In this document: in pieces, positions 43,840-52,854 of the stretch
Layout of the letters: each line of letters begins with the position of its first letter
Numbering within the stretch: position 1 is the first letter of the stretch
Assembly (NCBI GenBank): GCA_050872145.1
Contig: JBNMGG010000005.1
Location: 12,140-76,139 of the forward strand
Direction: 5' to 3'
DNA from: Candidatus Enteromonas sp.
GTDB lineage: Bacteria; Bacillota_I; Bacilli_A; RFN20; CAG-826
DNA length: 64,000 nt
Position numbers and translations under genes: made by a program
The notes under the pieces: generated by a model
What the model was told of the DNA's origin: nothing
The model's input: the letters and a program-made list of their open reading frames with translations, nothing else
Databases searched by the model: none

Positions 43840-45135
43840 ATGAAGAAAGCGAAGAACTATTTTTTGGAAAACGCCTCCCTGATCGACGTCGAATCTGGCC
43901 GCGTGCTGGAGGGGGCATCCCTGCGGATCGAAAGCGGGAGGATCGTCTCCTTTGGGAAAGGGCTTAGCAAAAAGAAGGGCGATAAGGCGATCGACCTGAA
44001 AGGGACATACCTATCCCCGGGCCTTATCGACGCCCATTGCCACCTCTTCGGAAACGGCGTCCCCAAAAAAGCCATCGCCAGCAAAGGGAAGGGACAGGAC
44101 TTTTTGAAGAAGCTCATCCCCACCAAAATCGGACTGGCCTATCTTCATCACGAGGCTAAAGCCTCTCTTCAACAAGCCCTCTATTCCGGAATCACGACCG
44201 TCCGCAGCTTGGGCGATATCCGTTACTCCGACATCTGGGCGAAAAAGAAAATGGAGGAAGGCAAATTCCTCGGGCCCTCTTTATTGACCTCCGGCTACGC
44301 GTTGACAAGCCCCGATGGGCATGGGGTTGGCACAATCTCCATCGGCTGCGCTACCCACGAGGAATACCTCGCCCAAATGGAGAAGAACATCGAGCAAGGC
44401 TGCGACTGGATCAAAATCATGGCCACTTCCGGGGTGATGGACGCGACCGATTCCAACCACCCCGGGGAAGCGAGGATGAAATACGAGGACATCAAATTCG
44501 TCGTCGATCAAGCCCACGCCCGGGGGAAGAAAGTCTCTTCCCATACCGAATGCAGCCAAAGCGTTACGGATTGCCTGCAGGCTGAGGTGGATACGATTGA
44601 GCATGGCGCAGCTTTGAACCAAGACAACATCGCTCGCCTCCAGCAAGGAAGGAGCCACATCGTCGTCACTCTTTCGCCTTCTTATCCCACGGTTGCTTTG
44701 CCCCCGGAGGATTCCAAATACAGCCCCGAGCAAATCAAAGCGACAAAAATCGTTTACCAAGGCATCGCCTCCGCGGCGAAGACCTGCTATGAAAATGGCA
44801 TCCCCGTGGGATTAGGCACCGACGCCTCCTGCCCCTTTTCTCTCCATTCCACCATGTGGCGGGAAGTTTGCTTCTACCAAAAAGTGGTGGGTTGCACCAA
44901 CGCGGAAGCTTTGCGCGCCGTTACTTTGGGAAACGCCGAGATCCTGGGAATCGCCAAGGATACGGGGTCGATCGAAATCGGAAAGCAAGCCGACCTCGCC
45001 ATTTATCAAAATAACCCCCTCGAAGACCTCAAAACCTTGGGGAATCCGGTGGTGGTATTTGCCAAAGGGAATCTTTGCAAAAAGAAAAAGAAGCGCTTCA
45101 AGAAAGTCGAGGCGCTTCTGGATTCCCTGCTTTGA
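43840..45135 (+). CDS. amidohydrolase family (metal-dependent hydrolase)
   Basis: PGLIDAHCHL (HxH), later VSSHT..IEHG and GLGTDA, with a composite beta-sandwich N-terminus. Confidence 0.75.
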   Translation: MKKAKNYFLENASLIDVESGRVLEGASLRIESGRIVSFGKGLSKKKGDKAIDLKGTYLSPGLIDAHCHLFGNGVPKKAIASKGKGQDFLKKLIPTKIGLAYLHHEAKASLQQALYSGITTVRSLGDIRYSDIWAKKKMEEGKFLGPSLLTSGYALTSPDGHGVGTISIGCATHEEYLAQMEKNIEQGCDWIKIMATSGVMDATDSNHPGEARMKYEDIKFVVDQAHARGKKVSSHTECSQSVTDCLQAEVDTIEHGAALNQDNIARLQQGRSHIVVTLSPSYPTVALPPEDSKYSPEQIKATKIVYQGIASAAKTCYENGIPVGLGTDASCPFSLHSTMWREVCFYQKVVGCTNAEALRAVTLGNAEILGIAKDTGSIEIGKQADLAIYQNNPLEDLKTLGNPVVVFAKGNLCKKKKKRFKKVEALLDSLL

Positions 45136-46359
45136 TTATTGGTCTTCTGCGGCCTTTGACAAGGAATCGCGGGCTTTTTGCAGGATATTCTTCTTTTTCG
45201 TGGTCTTGTTGATTTTCCGGTAGGAGGCGTCGAGTTTTTCGGCGATCTTCCTTTCCTCCTCGCTGGCGGTGGGCCGCTTGGGGTCGGGCGGATTGACGAC
45301 GATTTGGTTGTAGGGGATGAGGATGTCGTTCTTCACGAACATCTGATAGAGCTCGCGATTTAAGTCGCGGGTGGTCTGGAAGCGGTTCTCCTCCAAACAA
45401 GTCGCGATGAAGAAATACTCGACTGCGGCATCGTCGAACCCTTTGATGCCCCGGTACGTTGGGCCGCTGATGAGGGCGGGGATTTTCTCTTTGATCTTCG
45501 GCAGTTCTCTCGCGATCACCGCTTCCACGTGCTCGACGTCTTCGTTGTAGGAAGCGCCGACGCTGATGGTGACCAAACTCGGCGCCCGGGTGAGGTTGGT
45601 GACGGTGGTGATAGTGGAGTTGTTGATGGCTTTGATGTTGCCCCCGTCGTCTTTGAGCTTCGTCGACTTCAAGCCGATGTCGGTGACCACCCCGCGGAAG
45701 CCATCGATGATGACGATGTCCCCAACGTCATAGAAATCATCAATCACGATGAAGAGCCCAGCGACGACGTCGTTGATCAAACTTTGGCATCCAAGGCCGA
45801 TGATCAAGGTCAGGATTCCCAGGCTCGCCACGATGGAGGCGACGTTGACCCCCCAAGCCGTGAGGATGACGGCGATGGTGATGAGGATCACGACATAGCG
45901 GATTAAGCTGCGGACCAAGGAACCGATCGTTTTGCTTCGTTTCCCCCTCCAAGTGAAAAGGCCGATGATGAAATTGGTGAGGAAGGTCACGAAGAAGGCC
46001 ACGGCGATGGAGGACAAAGTGACAAGCCACGCGTTCCCGGTGCTGACGATCTTCTCGCCCAAGAATTCCCAACCATTTCGATAGAGAGAACCGTCGCTTC
46101 TCACGCCGAAAGCGATTTTTGCGATTTCGTCCCCAAACAAATCACGCGCGTAGATCCAAAGGAAAATCCAAACCAAAACCGCAGCGAACAGAACACAGGA
46201 GACGATGAACGAGGTCTTTTGGCTCCGCGTTTTGCTATTCCACCAGGTCTTGTTCTCCTCGCGGATTTCTTTTGCTTCTTTCGCCTTCTTTTGGAGGACA
46301 GCCTCGTTTTTGCTTTCGAGTTCCTCCAAAGTCGGCTGCCTCATTTGCGGTTTTTTCAT
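45136..46359 (-). CDS. mechanosensitive ion channel (MscS family)
   Basis: The ATG at 46359 overlaps the upstream stop (ATGA). N-terminal TMs are followed by GCQSLINDVVAGLFIVIDDFYDVGDIVIIDGFRGVVTDIGLKSTKLKDDGGN, typical of the MscS beta-domain. Confidence 0.85.
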   Translation of the reverse strand: MKKPQMRQPTLEELESKNEAVLQKKAKEAKEIREENKTWWNSKTRSQKTSFIVSCVLFAAVLVWIFLWIYARDLFGDEIAKIAFGVRSDGSLYRNGWEFLGEKIVSTGNAWLVTLSSIAVAFFVTFLTNFIIGLFTWRGKRSKTIGSLVRSLIRYVVILITIAVILTAWGVNVASIVASLGILTLIIGLGCQSLINDVVAGLFIVIDDFYDVGDIVIIDGFRGVVTDIGLKSTKLKDDGGNIKAINNSTITTVTNLTRAPSLVTISVGASYNEDVEHVEAVIARELPKIKEKIPALISGPTYRGIKGFDDAAVEYFFIATCLEENRFQTTRDLNRELYQMFVKNDILIPYNQIVVNPPDPKRPTASEEERKIAEKLDASYRKINKTTKKKNILQKARDSLSKAAEDQ

Positions 46360-46847
46360 TCGATTTCTCCTTCTTCGCTGATGCGGAATAGGGTCTGGCT
46401 CGTTTCGTAGTCGAAGCCGTTGGTGACGTTCCATTTCCCTTCGTAGGCGATGCCCTTCTTGATGCCTTCAACCGTCCCTGCATAATCCTGCGGGGTCGAA
46501 ATGTCGAGGGTGAACAAAGGCTCGGACGCCTTATCGGCCTGAACCAAGAAGGTCACTTGGAATTTCCCTTCGTTTTGCAGGGAAAACGAGTAGGTTAAGA
46601 CTTCGTTTTCGTAGGTGAAGGAAGGGGAAGACAAGACGGGGGTCCCCTTAAGGAAGGGGTTGAAATTGGCTGCCCCCAACGCCCCTCCGGCCACCACGAG
46701 CAGCGAAGTGGCCGTCACGGCGATCTGAGTTGCCCTTTTCCCTTTGGCGTAGTGCGTGTCTTTGCCCACACCATAGACGGAAGAGGCCGAAAGCTCGTCG
46801 CTGGTGGCGATGTTGTCGGTGGATAAGTCGTTTCCTTCCATGCCCAT
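46356..46847 (-). CDS. hypothetical membrane-anchored protein
   Basis: 163 aa with a single TM (QIAVTATSLLVVAGGALGAA), then a beta-rich domain. It is translationally coupled to the MscS gene. Confidence 0.5.
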   Translation of the reverse strand: MGMEGNDLSTDNIATSDELSASSVYGVGKDTHYAKGKRATQIAVTATSLLVVAGGALGAANFNPFLKGTPVLSSPSFTYENEVLTYSFSLQNEGKFQVTFLVQADKASEPLFTLDISTPQDYAGTVEGIKKGIAYEGKWNVTNGFDYETSQTLFRISEEGEIE

Positions 46848-46919
46848 GGCTTTGTTATACCAAAAGGAGGGGAGCTTTAGTAGCGGGAAAGGCCTTTAAG
46901 GCCTTATAATTCACTCGTT

Positions 46920-47570
46920 ATGGAACGCGTTGCACTGATTTTTGATTTGGACGGCACCCTTTGGGATTCTAGCAAGCAAGTGGCCGAATCCTGGAGCGAG
47001 GTCGGGAAGAAATACTTTGGTCCCTCTTTCTCCATCTCCGCGGATGAAGTCCGCGCCCAAATGGGGCTGATGATGGAGGAAATCCAGCAAAACATCGCCC
47101 ATTCTTCCCCCAATTATCAAAAAGGACTGCTTTGGGCCAAAGAAGCTTTCGATTACGAGATCGAATATCTAGGGACTCACCCGGGCGACAAATTCCCGGA
47201 GGAAGAAGAAACCTTGCTCGAACTTAAAAAGAGAGGGTACCTCCTCTTGATCATGTCCAATTGCCAAAAGGGCTATATCGAGGATTACTTGGCTTCCTTA
47301 AAGCATCCGGAGATTTTCTCGGGCCATCTTTGCTATGGGGATACCTTACTCCCCAAGCATGGATCGATCGCCAAGCTCGTGAAAGACTACCGTATCGACC
47401 GCGCCGCCTATGTGGGGGATACCGCCTCCGACGAAAAGCAGACTCGCCTCGCCGGATTGAAGTTCATCCATGCTTCTTACGGATTCGGCGCCTCCGTTTC
47501 CCCCGACGCCTCTTTGAAGCGCTTCTCCGACATGCTGGAAGCCTCGGAGAAGGTCTTGCCTTTGAAATGA
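46920..47570 (+). CDS. HAD-superfamily hydrolase
   Basis: ALIFDLDGTLWDS (motif I DxDGT), MSNC (motif II region) and YVGDTASD (motif IV). Confidence 0.85.
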   Translation: MERVALIFDLDGTLWDSSKQVAESWSEVGKKYFGPSFSISADEVRAQMGLMMEEIQQNIAHSSPNYQKGLLWAKEAFDYEIEYLGTHPGDKFPEEEETLLELKKRGYLLLIMSNCQKGYIEDYLASLKHPEIFSGHLCYGDTLLPKHGSIAKLVKDYRIDRAAYVGDTASDEKQTRLAGLKFIHASYGFGASVSPDASLKRFSDMLEASEKVLPLK

Positions 47571-47626
47571 ATTCTTGATGGGCTTCCGAGCTGAATTAAA
47601 ATGAAACCAGAAGGAGGAGACGCACC

Positions 47627-48031
47627 ATGGCAGAAGAGCAAAAGAAAAACGGTCTTCCCGAGAATCCGGACTTCGAAGTGAAAAATTACCTTTCCTCCGC
47701 CCAAATCGAAATCGTCAAAGGCGTGAAGAAAAGCGGCGCGGACGCGAGCGTTTTGGATTTGATCGACAATTTCGTTCGGGCCAATGGCAAATTGGATGCC
47801 AAATACGATGCCATGCTTCAAATCGCCAAAGACGCTTTAAACGTCGCGGGTCATCTCCCGGAATATCCTCAAACCGTCCAAGAAACGGCTCCCTTCCTCC
47901 TTTCGGTGGCGCTGCTGGATTTCTTCGTGCTCGTCGGAGTGGTGGACGAAGAGGAGGTACAGACGATGAAGGAAAGCGCCATAAAAGGCGCGGGATTCGG
48001 ATTCGACGATCCCAAAAACAACCAAGCGTGA
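47627..48031 (+). CDS. hypothetical protein, cassette gene 1
   Basis: 134 aa with GGAGGAG 8 nt upstream of the ATG. The N-terminal part is acidic and helical, and there is a hydrophobic segment APFLLSVALLDFFVLVGVV. No family recognised. Confidence 0.55.
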   Translation: MAEEQKKNGLPENPDFEVKNYLSSAQIEIVKGVKKSGADASVLDLIDNFVRANGKLDAKYDAMLQIAKDALNVAGHLPEYPQTVQETAPFLLSVALLDFFVLVGVVDEEEVQTMKESAIKGAGFGFDDPKNNQA

Positions 48032-48041
48032 GGTGCTGAAA

Positions 48042-48320
48042 ATGGGAAAAGCGAAAAAGGCTTGGGCAGAAAGAACGGAGAAAATCGAAGGGGACGTCCT
48101 TGATCTTTCAAAATCTCTCGATGAAAGCACCGCTTCGGAACTGAGCCTCCTCGCCCAATCCCAACAAAGGCAATTGGAGCAAATGACGCGCTCGGTTTCC
48201 ATTTACGAATCCTGCCAGGAAAAGCTGGGCGGGAAGGCCCTCGCGGAAATGGACGAAAAAGCCGCCACGTCCCTCGCCAATTGCTATTTTTCCCTTTTTG
48301 TAGGAGAGAAAGATGAATAA
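48042..48320 (+). CDS. hypothetical protein, cassette gene 2
   Basis: The ATG at 48042 lies 6 nt after GAGGTG, which spans the gene-1 stop. The product is 92 aa, charged and coiled-coil-like. The tracked GTG at 48033 is an alternative start. Confidence 0.5.
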   Translation: MGKAKKAWAERTEKIEGDVLDLSKSLDESTASELSLLAQSQQRQLEQMTRSVSIYESCQEKLGGKALAEMDEKAATSLANCYFSLFVGEKDE

Positions 48321-48492
48321 GCCCGCCATCGAAAAGGAAATCGCCGAGCGCGATGCCAAGATTGAAGAATCTTGTCTTGAACTGGCGAAGCGCCGGGCCG
48401 AGGAGCTTCGGAAAGAAGGGATTTCCCTCGGCGAGGTTTTCCTTTCCCAAACCAAAGAGTTGGGCCGCGCGTTCCAAAAGGAGGAGAAATGA
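48313..48492 (+). CDS. hypothetical small protein (59 aa), cassette gene 3; below the ORF-track cutoff
   Basis: My own translation is MNKPAIEKEIAERDAKIEESCLELAKRRAEELRKEGISLGEVFLSQTKELGRAFQKEEK. AGGAGAG lies upstream. The start overlaps the gene-2 stop by 8 nt, and the stop overlaps the first ATG of gene 4. Confidence 0.45.
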   Translation: MNKPAIEKEIAERDAKIEESCLELAKRRAEELRKEGISLGEVFLSQTKELGRAFQKEEK

Positions 48493-50345
48493 GAATGGCA
48501 GACATCGAAACGCCCCAAGTTCCTTCTCCTTTGCTCAGCGATCCCGAGACGCTGCCTCCTTTCCCAAATCCCTCCCTTCGCTTTCCGGAGACGGAAAAAG
48601 CCATTGGGGAATTGGAGAAGCAAAATAAGCAACTCCTCTTGCTGAAATCCCGCGTTTTGGAAACGAAACGAAAAGAGAAGGAAAACCGCGAGAATTGCGC
48701 AAAAATCATTTCCTTTTCGAATATTTGGGGCAAAACGGCCCTGCAAATTTCCTCTCTTTGCCATGAAAAGAAATACGCAAAAGCCGCTGAGTTGGCCGCT
48801 TCGCTACCCCTTAAAATCGAGGGTTCTCCCTATCCTTTAAAAGTCGAGAAAGAAGCTACGACCATCCGCCCTTGGCTGATCTGCCGATTAACCTCCCTTT
48901 CTTTCGAGGAAAAAGAAAAGCGCCATGAAAGCATTGGCAAGGACGAAGCCGAAAGGCATTATCAGCGTTGCCTCTCTTTGCCCGTAGGGTTAGAAGAGCA
49001 AAGCGAAGAGGAAAAGCTGATCGATGCCGCGAAAGGCTTTTTGTATTCTTCCTGCTCCAGCCTGCTTGAAAGCGGCGTCTCCGAGGTGAGCCTATTCTTG
49101 CCTCTCCTCCCGTTTTGGCGGATGGGCTTATCGGATAAAGTCGAAAGCGAAGCCACCAAGGCTAAGAAAGAGCGCTTCGGCCAACTTTTGCTTAACTGCT
49201 ACAACTCCTTGAGCGAAGTCTGCTTCAAAAAGAAGCGGGACTTGGAGTCGGCATTGACCCTTTTCCGCTTGAGGAACCTCTTCCCCAAAAGCGAAATCCG
49301 CCTCGCGCCTTTCCGCTACGCTTACGACGAGAAAGAGCTGAAACTCTATTTCTACGAATCAGAGGCCATCGAAAGCAAACCTGAGGAATTCGCGACCCGT
49401 GTATCGGAATTCGCTTCTTCCGTCTCTTCCCCCGATGACTTCTATTTCCTCGTATTGGCACACCTTTTGGCCCTGCAAGGCATGGAAAAAGACCGCTTCA
49501 ACGCGGTGGTCAAGGCAATCCGCCCCTTCTCCTTTGAACTGAAAATCGAATTGCTCGCCGCTTCAATCGCCTTGGGGATGGAACCCCTTCATATGCGCGC
49601 CGTGCTCGAGGAAATCGAAAGGACTCATCCCAAAAGAGGGAATTTGGAGAAATTGGGCAAGCCCCTTTTGTTTATCAAGGAGCATCTGAACGAAGCCTTG
49701 TTACTCCGCTTCAACCCCTTGCTGGAGGATTTGCTCCGCTCGCCCCACGCGCACAAAGTCGCCGAAAAAAGCAATGAGCTTGCTTTCACTTTGCTCTATG
49801 GCCACGCTCCGGAGCAATATCGCCCCCGCCTTGGCAGCAAAGCCAAACGCCCCAACATCCGCAGCTGGGGAAAAGGGACTTGGGCCTGCTATTTGGTCTT
49901 CGGGTTTTCCCTTCCCATTGTCGCCTGCTTGCTGTCTGGGGTCTTCATTTACCTTTATCGGGGCATTCCCGATCGCTATGCCTCTTACTGGATTCTGATT
50001 CCCTTCTTCTCTCTTTTGCTTTTCCTTTTCGCGACCGTCTCCGGGTGGTCCGGCAGGGATGAGCGCGGCGGGGCATATCTCCGCAGCGCCCTTTTGGGCG
50101 ATGCGATTTGGAAAGCCTGCTTAGCCGCTTCCTATTTCATCGTCCCCGCCTCGCTTCTTGGCTTCGCGCGGATTCGCTACGCACTGCTGATCGCCCCGAT
50201 TGCGGAGGGGCTTTTGGCTTTCTTCTACTGCAAACCCAGCAAGAAAACGGCCCTTTTGGATTATTTCCTCTTCGGGGCTCTCTTCGTCTCCGCCTTTTTG
50301 GCCACCGTGTTCATGGTGCTGGACATGATGTGGGGCCTCTTGTGA
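48489..50345 (+). CDS. hypothetical large membrane protein, cassette gene 4
   Basis: 618 aa. It has a Pro-rich N-terminus, a coiled-coil stretch (AIGELEKQNKQLLLLKSRVLETKRKEKEN), a long helical middle, and about 5 C-terminal TM segments. An alternative ATG at 48495 lies 9 nt after GGAGGAG. No family recognised. Confidence 0.55.
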   Translation: MRMADIETPQVPSPLLSDPETLPPFPNPSLRFPETEKAIGELEKQNKQLLLLKSRVLETKRKEKENRENCAKIISFSNIWGKTALQISSLCHEKKYAKAAELAASLPLKIEGSPYPLKVEKEATTIRPWLICRLTSLSFEEKEKRHESIGKDEAERHYQRCLSLPVGLEEQSEEEKLIDAAKGFLYSSCSSLLESGVSEVSLFLPLLPFWRMGLSDKVESEATKAKKERFGQLLLNCYNSLSEVCFKKKRDLESALTLFRLRNLFPKSEIRLAPFRYAYDEKELKLYFYESEAIESKPEEFATRVSEFASSVSSPDDFYFLVLAHLLALQGMEKDRFNAVVKAIRPFSFELKIELLAASIALGMEPLHMRAVLEEIERTHPKRGNLEKLGKPLLFIKEHLNEALLLRFNPLLEDLLRSPHAHKVAEKSNELAFTLLYGHAPEQYRPRLGSKAKRPNIRSWGKGTWACYLVFGFSLPIVACLLSGVFIYLYRGIPDRYASYWILIPFFSLLLFLFATVSGWSGRDERGGAYLRSALLGDAIWKACLAASYFIVPASLLGFARIRYALLIAPIAEGLLAFFYCKPSKKTALLDYFLFGALFVSAFLATVFMVLDMMWGLL

Positions 50346-50348
50346 GAT

Positions 50349-50675
50349 TTAATTGTCGAATTCGTCGTACTTTTTGCTGGATCCCTTGGATTTGCTAACG
50401 GGGTATTTCTCTTCGTTTTTCTTGTACTTATCCAAAACGATCTGGTCCACGTCAAAGCCATACCGATCGGCGAGCATGTAGCAGTAGGAGAGGACGTCGG
50501 CGAGCTCTTCTTTCAGCCTGTCCACGGATTTGGCCTCATGCCCCCATTGGAACAGTTCTAAGAGCTCCCCGGATTCGATGGCGATTGACTTGGCAAGATT
50601 CTCACCCGTGTGGAACTGATCCCAATCCCTCTCCTTGTTCATTTTCCGGATTTCTTCGATGACTTTCTGATTCAT
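50349..50675 (-). CDS. MazG-like all-alpha nucleotide pyrophosphohydrolase (small, YpjD-type)
   Basis: The ATG at 50675 gives MNQKVIEEIRKMNKERDWDQFHTGENLAKSIAIESGELLELFQW....LKEELADVLSYCYMLA. This is the EExxE/D-type MazG core. Length 108 aa. Confidence 0.75.
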   Translation of the reverse strand: MNQKVIEEIRKMNKERDWDQFHTGENLAKSIAIESGELLELFQWGHEAKSVDRLKEELADVLSYCYMLADRYGFDVDQIVLDKYKKNEEKYPVSKSKGSSKKYDEFDN

Positions 50676-50819
50676 AGGCGCCTCTTTTTCTCTTTTCTTC
50701 GGCCTATTTTGCTGCCAAGGGGAACGCCTCTCAAGGACCCTAAGGGCCAAAGGAAGGCGTTTCTACTATGTAGAAAAGATGGCGGCGGGTTTTCCGCTGT
50801 GCCATAATGTCGAAGTTTC

Positions 50820-52226
50820 ATGGACAATCTTTTCGACAGCGTAAATGAAAAAATGTTCTCCGTCCTCACTTCGGAGGACAAACGGGGCAATTTCGAATTG
50901 CTCCGCATCCTTTACCACCTCTCCGAATCCATCGATTACGGGGACTTCATCCCCAAGGAAGAGGCGGTTGGCGCCCTTTCGGCGTTTTTGGAAGACCACT
51001 CCGGAGAAGTGAAAGACGACGGGGAAGGCGGGGACATCACCCGAAGAAGCGCCCGCGACAAAGCCCAGGTCAAATTGCGCCAGTTCCGAAATTTCGGTTG
51101 GATCAACGAAGAGTCTTTGGGCGGGTACAACGCCCTGGTTTCCTTCACCTCCGCGGGCAAGGCCACGATGGAGTTTTTGGTCAACTACACCGAACGGGCC
51201 GAAAAACCGTTGGAATACACCGGGTACGTCTACGTCATCTATTCCACCCTGCAAAGCTTCGACTTAAGCAAATCGACCGCGATCCTTCAGCAGGTTTACC
51301 GTTTGACGAAGGAACTCATGAACTCCCTTTCCCGCCTTTCCAGCGAGATCAAGGAATTCCTCGACACCCTCACCGACAACCCCGACTTGTCCCCGCGTGA
51401 GATCCTCTCCACTTTGGTGGGCAAATATCAAAGCCAGGTCATCCTCCGCGTTTTCAATAACCTCCGCATGAGGGACAACCCCTCCCGTTATTCTTCCCAG
51501 ATTATCAATATCCTCCGCGATTTGCTCCGCGATCACATGGAGGAGCTCGTCGCCAACTCGGTTATGACCGAGGACGTCAAAGATTTGACGAAAGAACGTT
51601 ATGAGGCCATCGAAGGCGAAATCCGCGACCAAGCCGGATACGTGATTTCCTCTTTCGAGGGCATTGAGAAATACCTCGATGTCTTGGACGCCCAAAACGC
51701 GAAGTACCTTTCCTCGGCGAAGGCCAGGCTTGACTTCCTCCTTACGTCCACCAAAGACGTCACCGGGAGAATCAACGATTGTCTCAAGGCCATCGCCGAT
51801 GTCCCCGACGATTATCCTTTCGAGAATTTGATCCGCATCGAATCCTCAGGGATTCTGGACGCCAGAAGCCTTTCTAGCCCCCGCTTCCAAAGGGAGAAGC
51901 CGGTGGAAGTGGAAGTTCCGGTCCCAGAAGGGGATGCCTCCGAAGTCGAGAAGGGATTGGACCGCATCTTCGGGGAAGACCCCTATTCCAAAGAGAACAT
52001 CAACGCGGCAGCCCTTTCCTTTTTGGGGGAGAAGGAGCAAATGCCCTCCATCGACATTCCAACGCAAGAGCAAGGCGACCTCATCATGCTGATGATGATG
52101 CAACTCATCTCGCAGGATCGGAAGCTCGATTACAGTTTGGACTTCAAGGAAGACCGCTACGTCCGAATCGGGCATGAACTAGAAGAATTCCAACTGAAGA
52201 AAAAGGAGAAACGCCATGGCAGATAA
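50820..52226 (+). CDS. jetA: JetA/MksF-like (kleisin-type) subunit of an SMC-like complex
   Basis: First gene of a three-gene overlapping cluster, 468 aa and helical. The call rests on size, position and operon partners. I cannot confirm the family from motifs. Confidence 0.5.
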   Translation: MDNLFDSVNEKMFSVLTSEDKRGNFELLRILYHLSESIDYGDFIPKEEAVGALSAFLEDHSGEVKDDGEGGDITRRSARDKAQVKLRQFRNFGWINEESLGGYNALVSFTSAGKATMEFLVNYTERAEKPLEYTGYVYVIYSTLQSFDLSKSTAILQQVYRLTKELMNSLSRLSSEIKEFLDTLTDNPDLSPREILSTLVGKYQSQVILRVFNNLRMRDNPSRYSSQIINILRDLLRDHMEELVANSVMTEDVKDLTKERYEAIEGEIRDQAGYVISSFEGIEKYLDVLDAQNAKYLSSAKARLDFLLTSTKDVTGRINDCLKAIADVPDDYPFENLIRIESSGILDARSLSSPRFQREKPVEVEVPVPEGDASEVEKGLDRIFGEDPYSKENINAAALSFLGEKEQMPSIDIPTQEQGDLIMLMMMQLISQDRKLDYSLDFKEDRYVRIGHELEEFQLKKKEKRHGR

Positions 52227-52854
52227 AAACGAAATCGCCGAATCCTTCGTGGACGAATATCGGCGCATGGGGGATGGTGAGAAGCAGGAATTTGCCCGCG
52301 TCGTTTCGAAGTTCCTGAACGAAACCTTCATTCTGAAGAACAAGAAAATGGACGCCTACGATTTCTACTTCGTCCAAGAAAGGAAATCGCTGTTCACTTC
52401 TTATTTTGCTTTGACCGATTACGTTTTGGAGTTCGACCAAGAACGCGGCTTCTTCTACCCCTCCACCGAAGAAGACCGCTCCCGCGTTCGCCTCAACAAA
52501 TTCGAGACGGTCCTCCTTTTGATTCTCCGTTTGAAATACTACGAGAATTCCAAAACCGCTTCCTCGCCGGAAGACAACGCCATCGGCGTCGAAGAGCTCG
52601 TGGAGAAGGTGAACCAAACCAACATCTTCCATCCCATCAAAAGGATGACCGAATACGATCTCGCCTTGAAAAAGCTCCGCCGGAGCAAAATCCTCGATTT
52701 CAAAGGCAGCAAGCTCGAGGCTTCCACCCGCATGGTCATTCTGCCCACCATTTTGGTCGTAATGGGCCAAAGCGACATCGATTTGATCGCTGCTGAACTG
52801 GCGGCCTATTCCAAGAAAGAAGAAGGAGGGAAGAGCGATGCAGAAGCTGATTAA
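52216..52854 (+). CDS. jetB: JetB/MksE-like (DUF4194/MukE-like) subunit
   Basis: 212 aa, overlapping jetA by 11 nt, with AAGGAG upstream. LFTSYFALTDYVLEFDQERGFFYPSTEE and RLNKFETVLLLILRLKY fit the DUF4194 pattern as I remember it. The tail is acidic. Confidence 0.55.
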   Translation: MADKNEIAESFVDEYRRMGDGEKQEFARVVSKFLNETFILKNKKMDAYDFYFVQERKSLFTSYFALTDYVLEFDQERGFFYPSTEEDRSRVRLNKFETVLLLILRLKYYENSKTASSPEDNAIGVEELVEKVNQTNIFHPIKRMTEYDLALKKLRRSKILDFKGSKLEASTRMVILPTILVVMGQSDIDLIAAELAAYSKKEEGGKSDAEAD

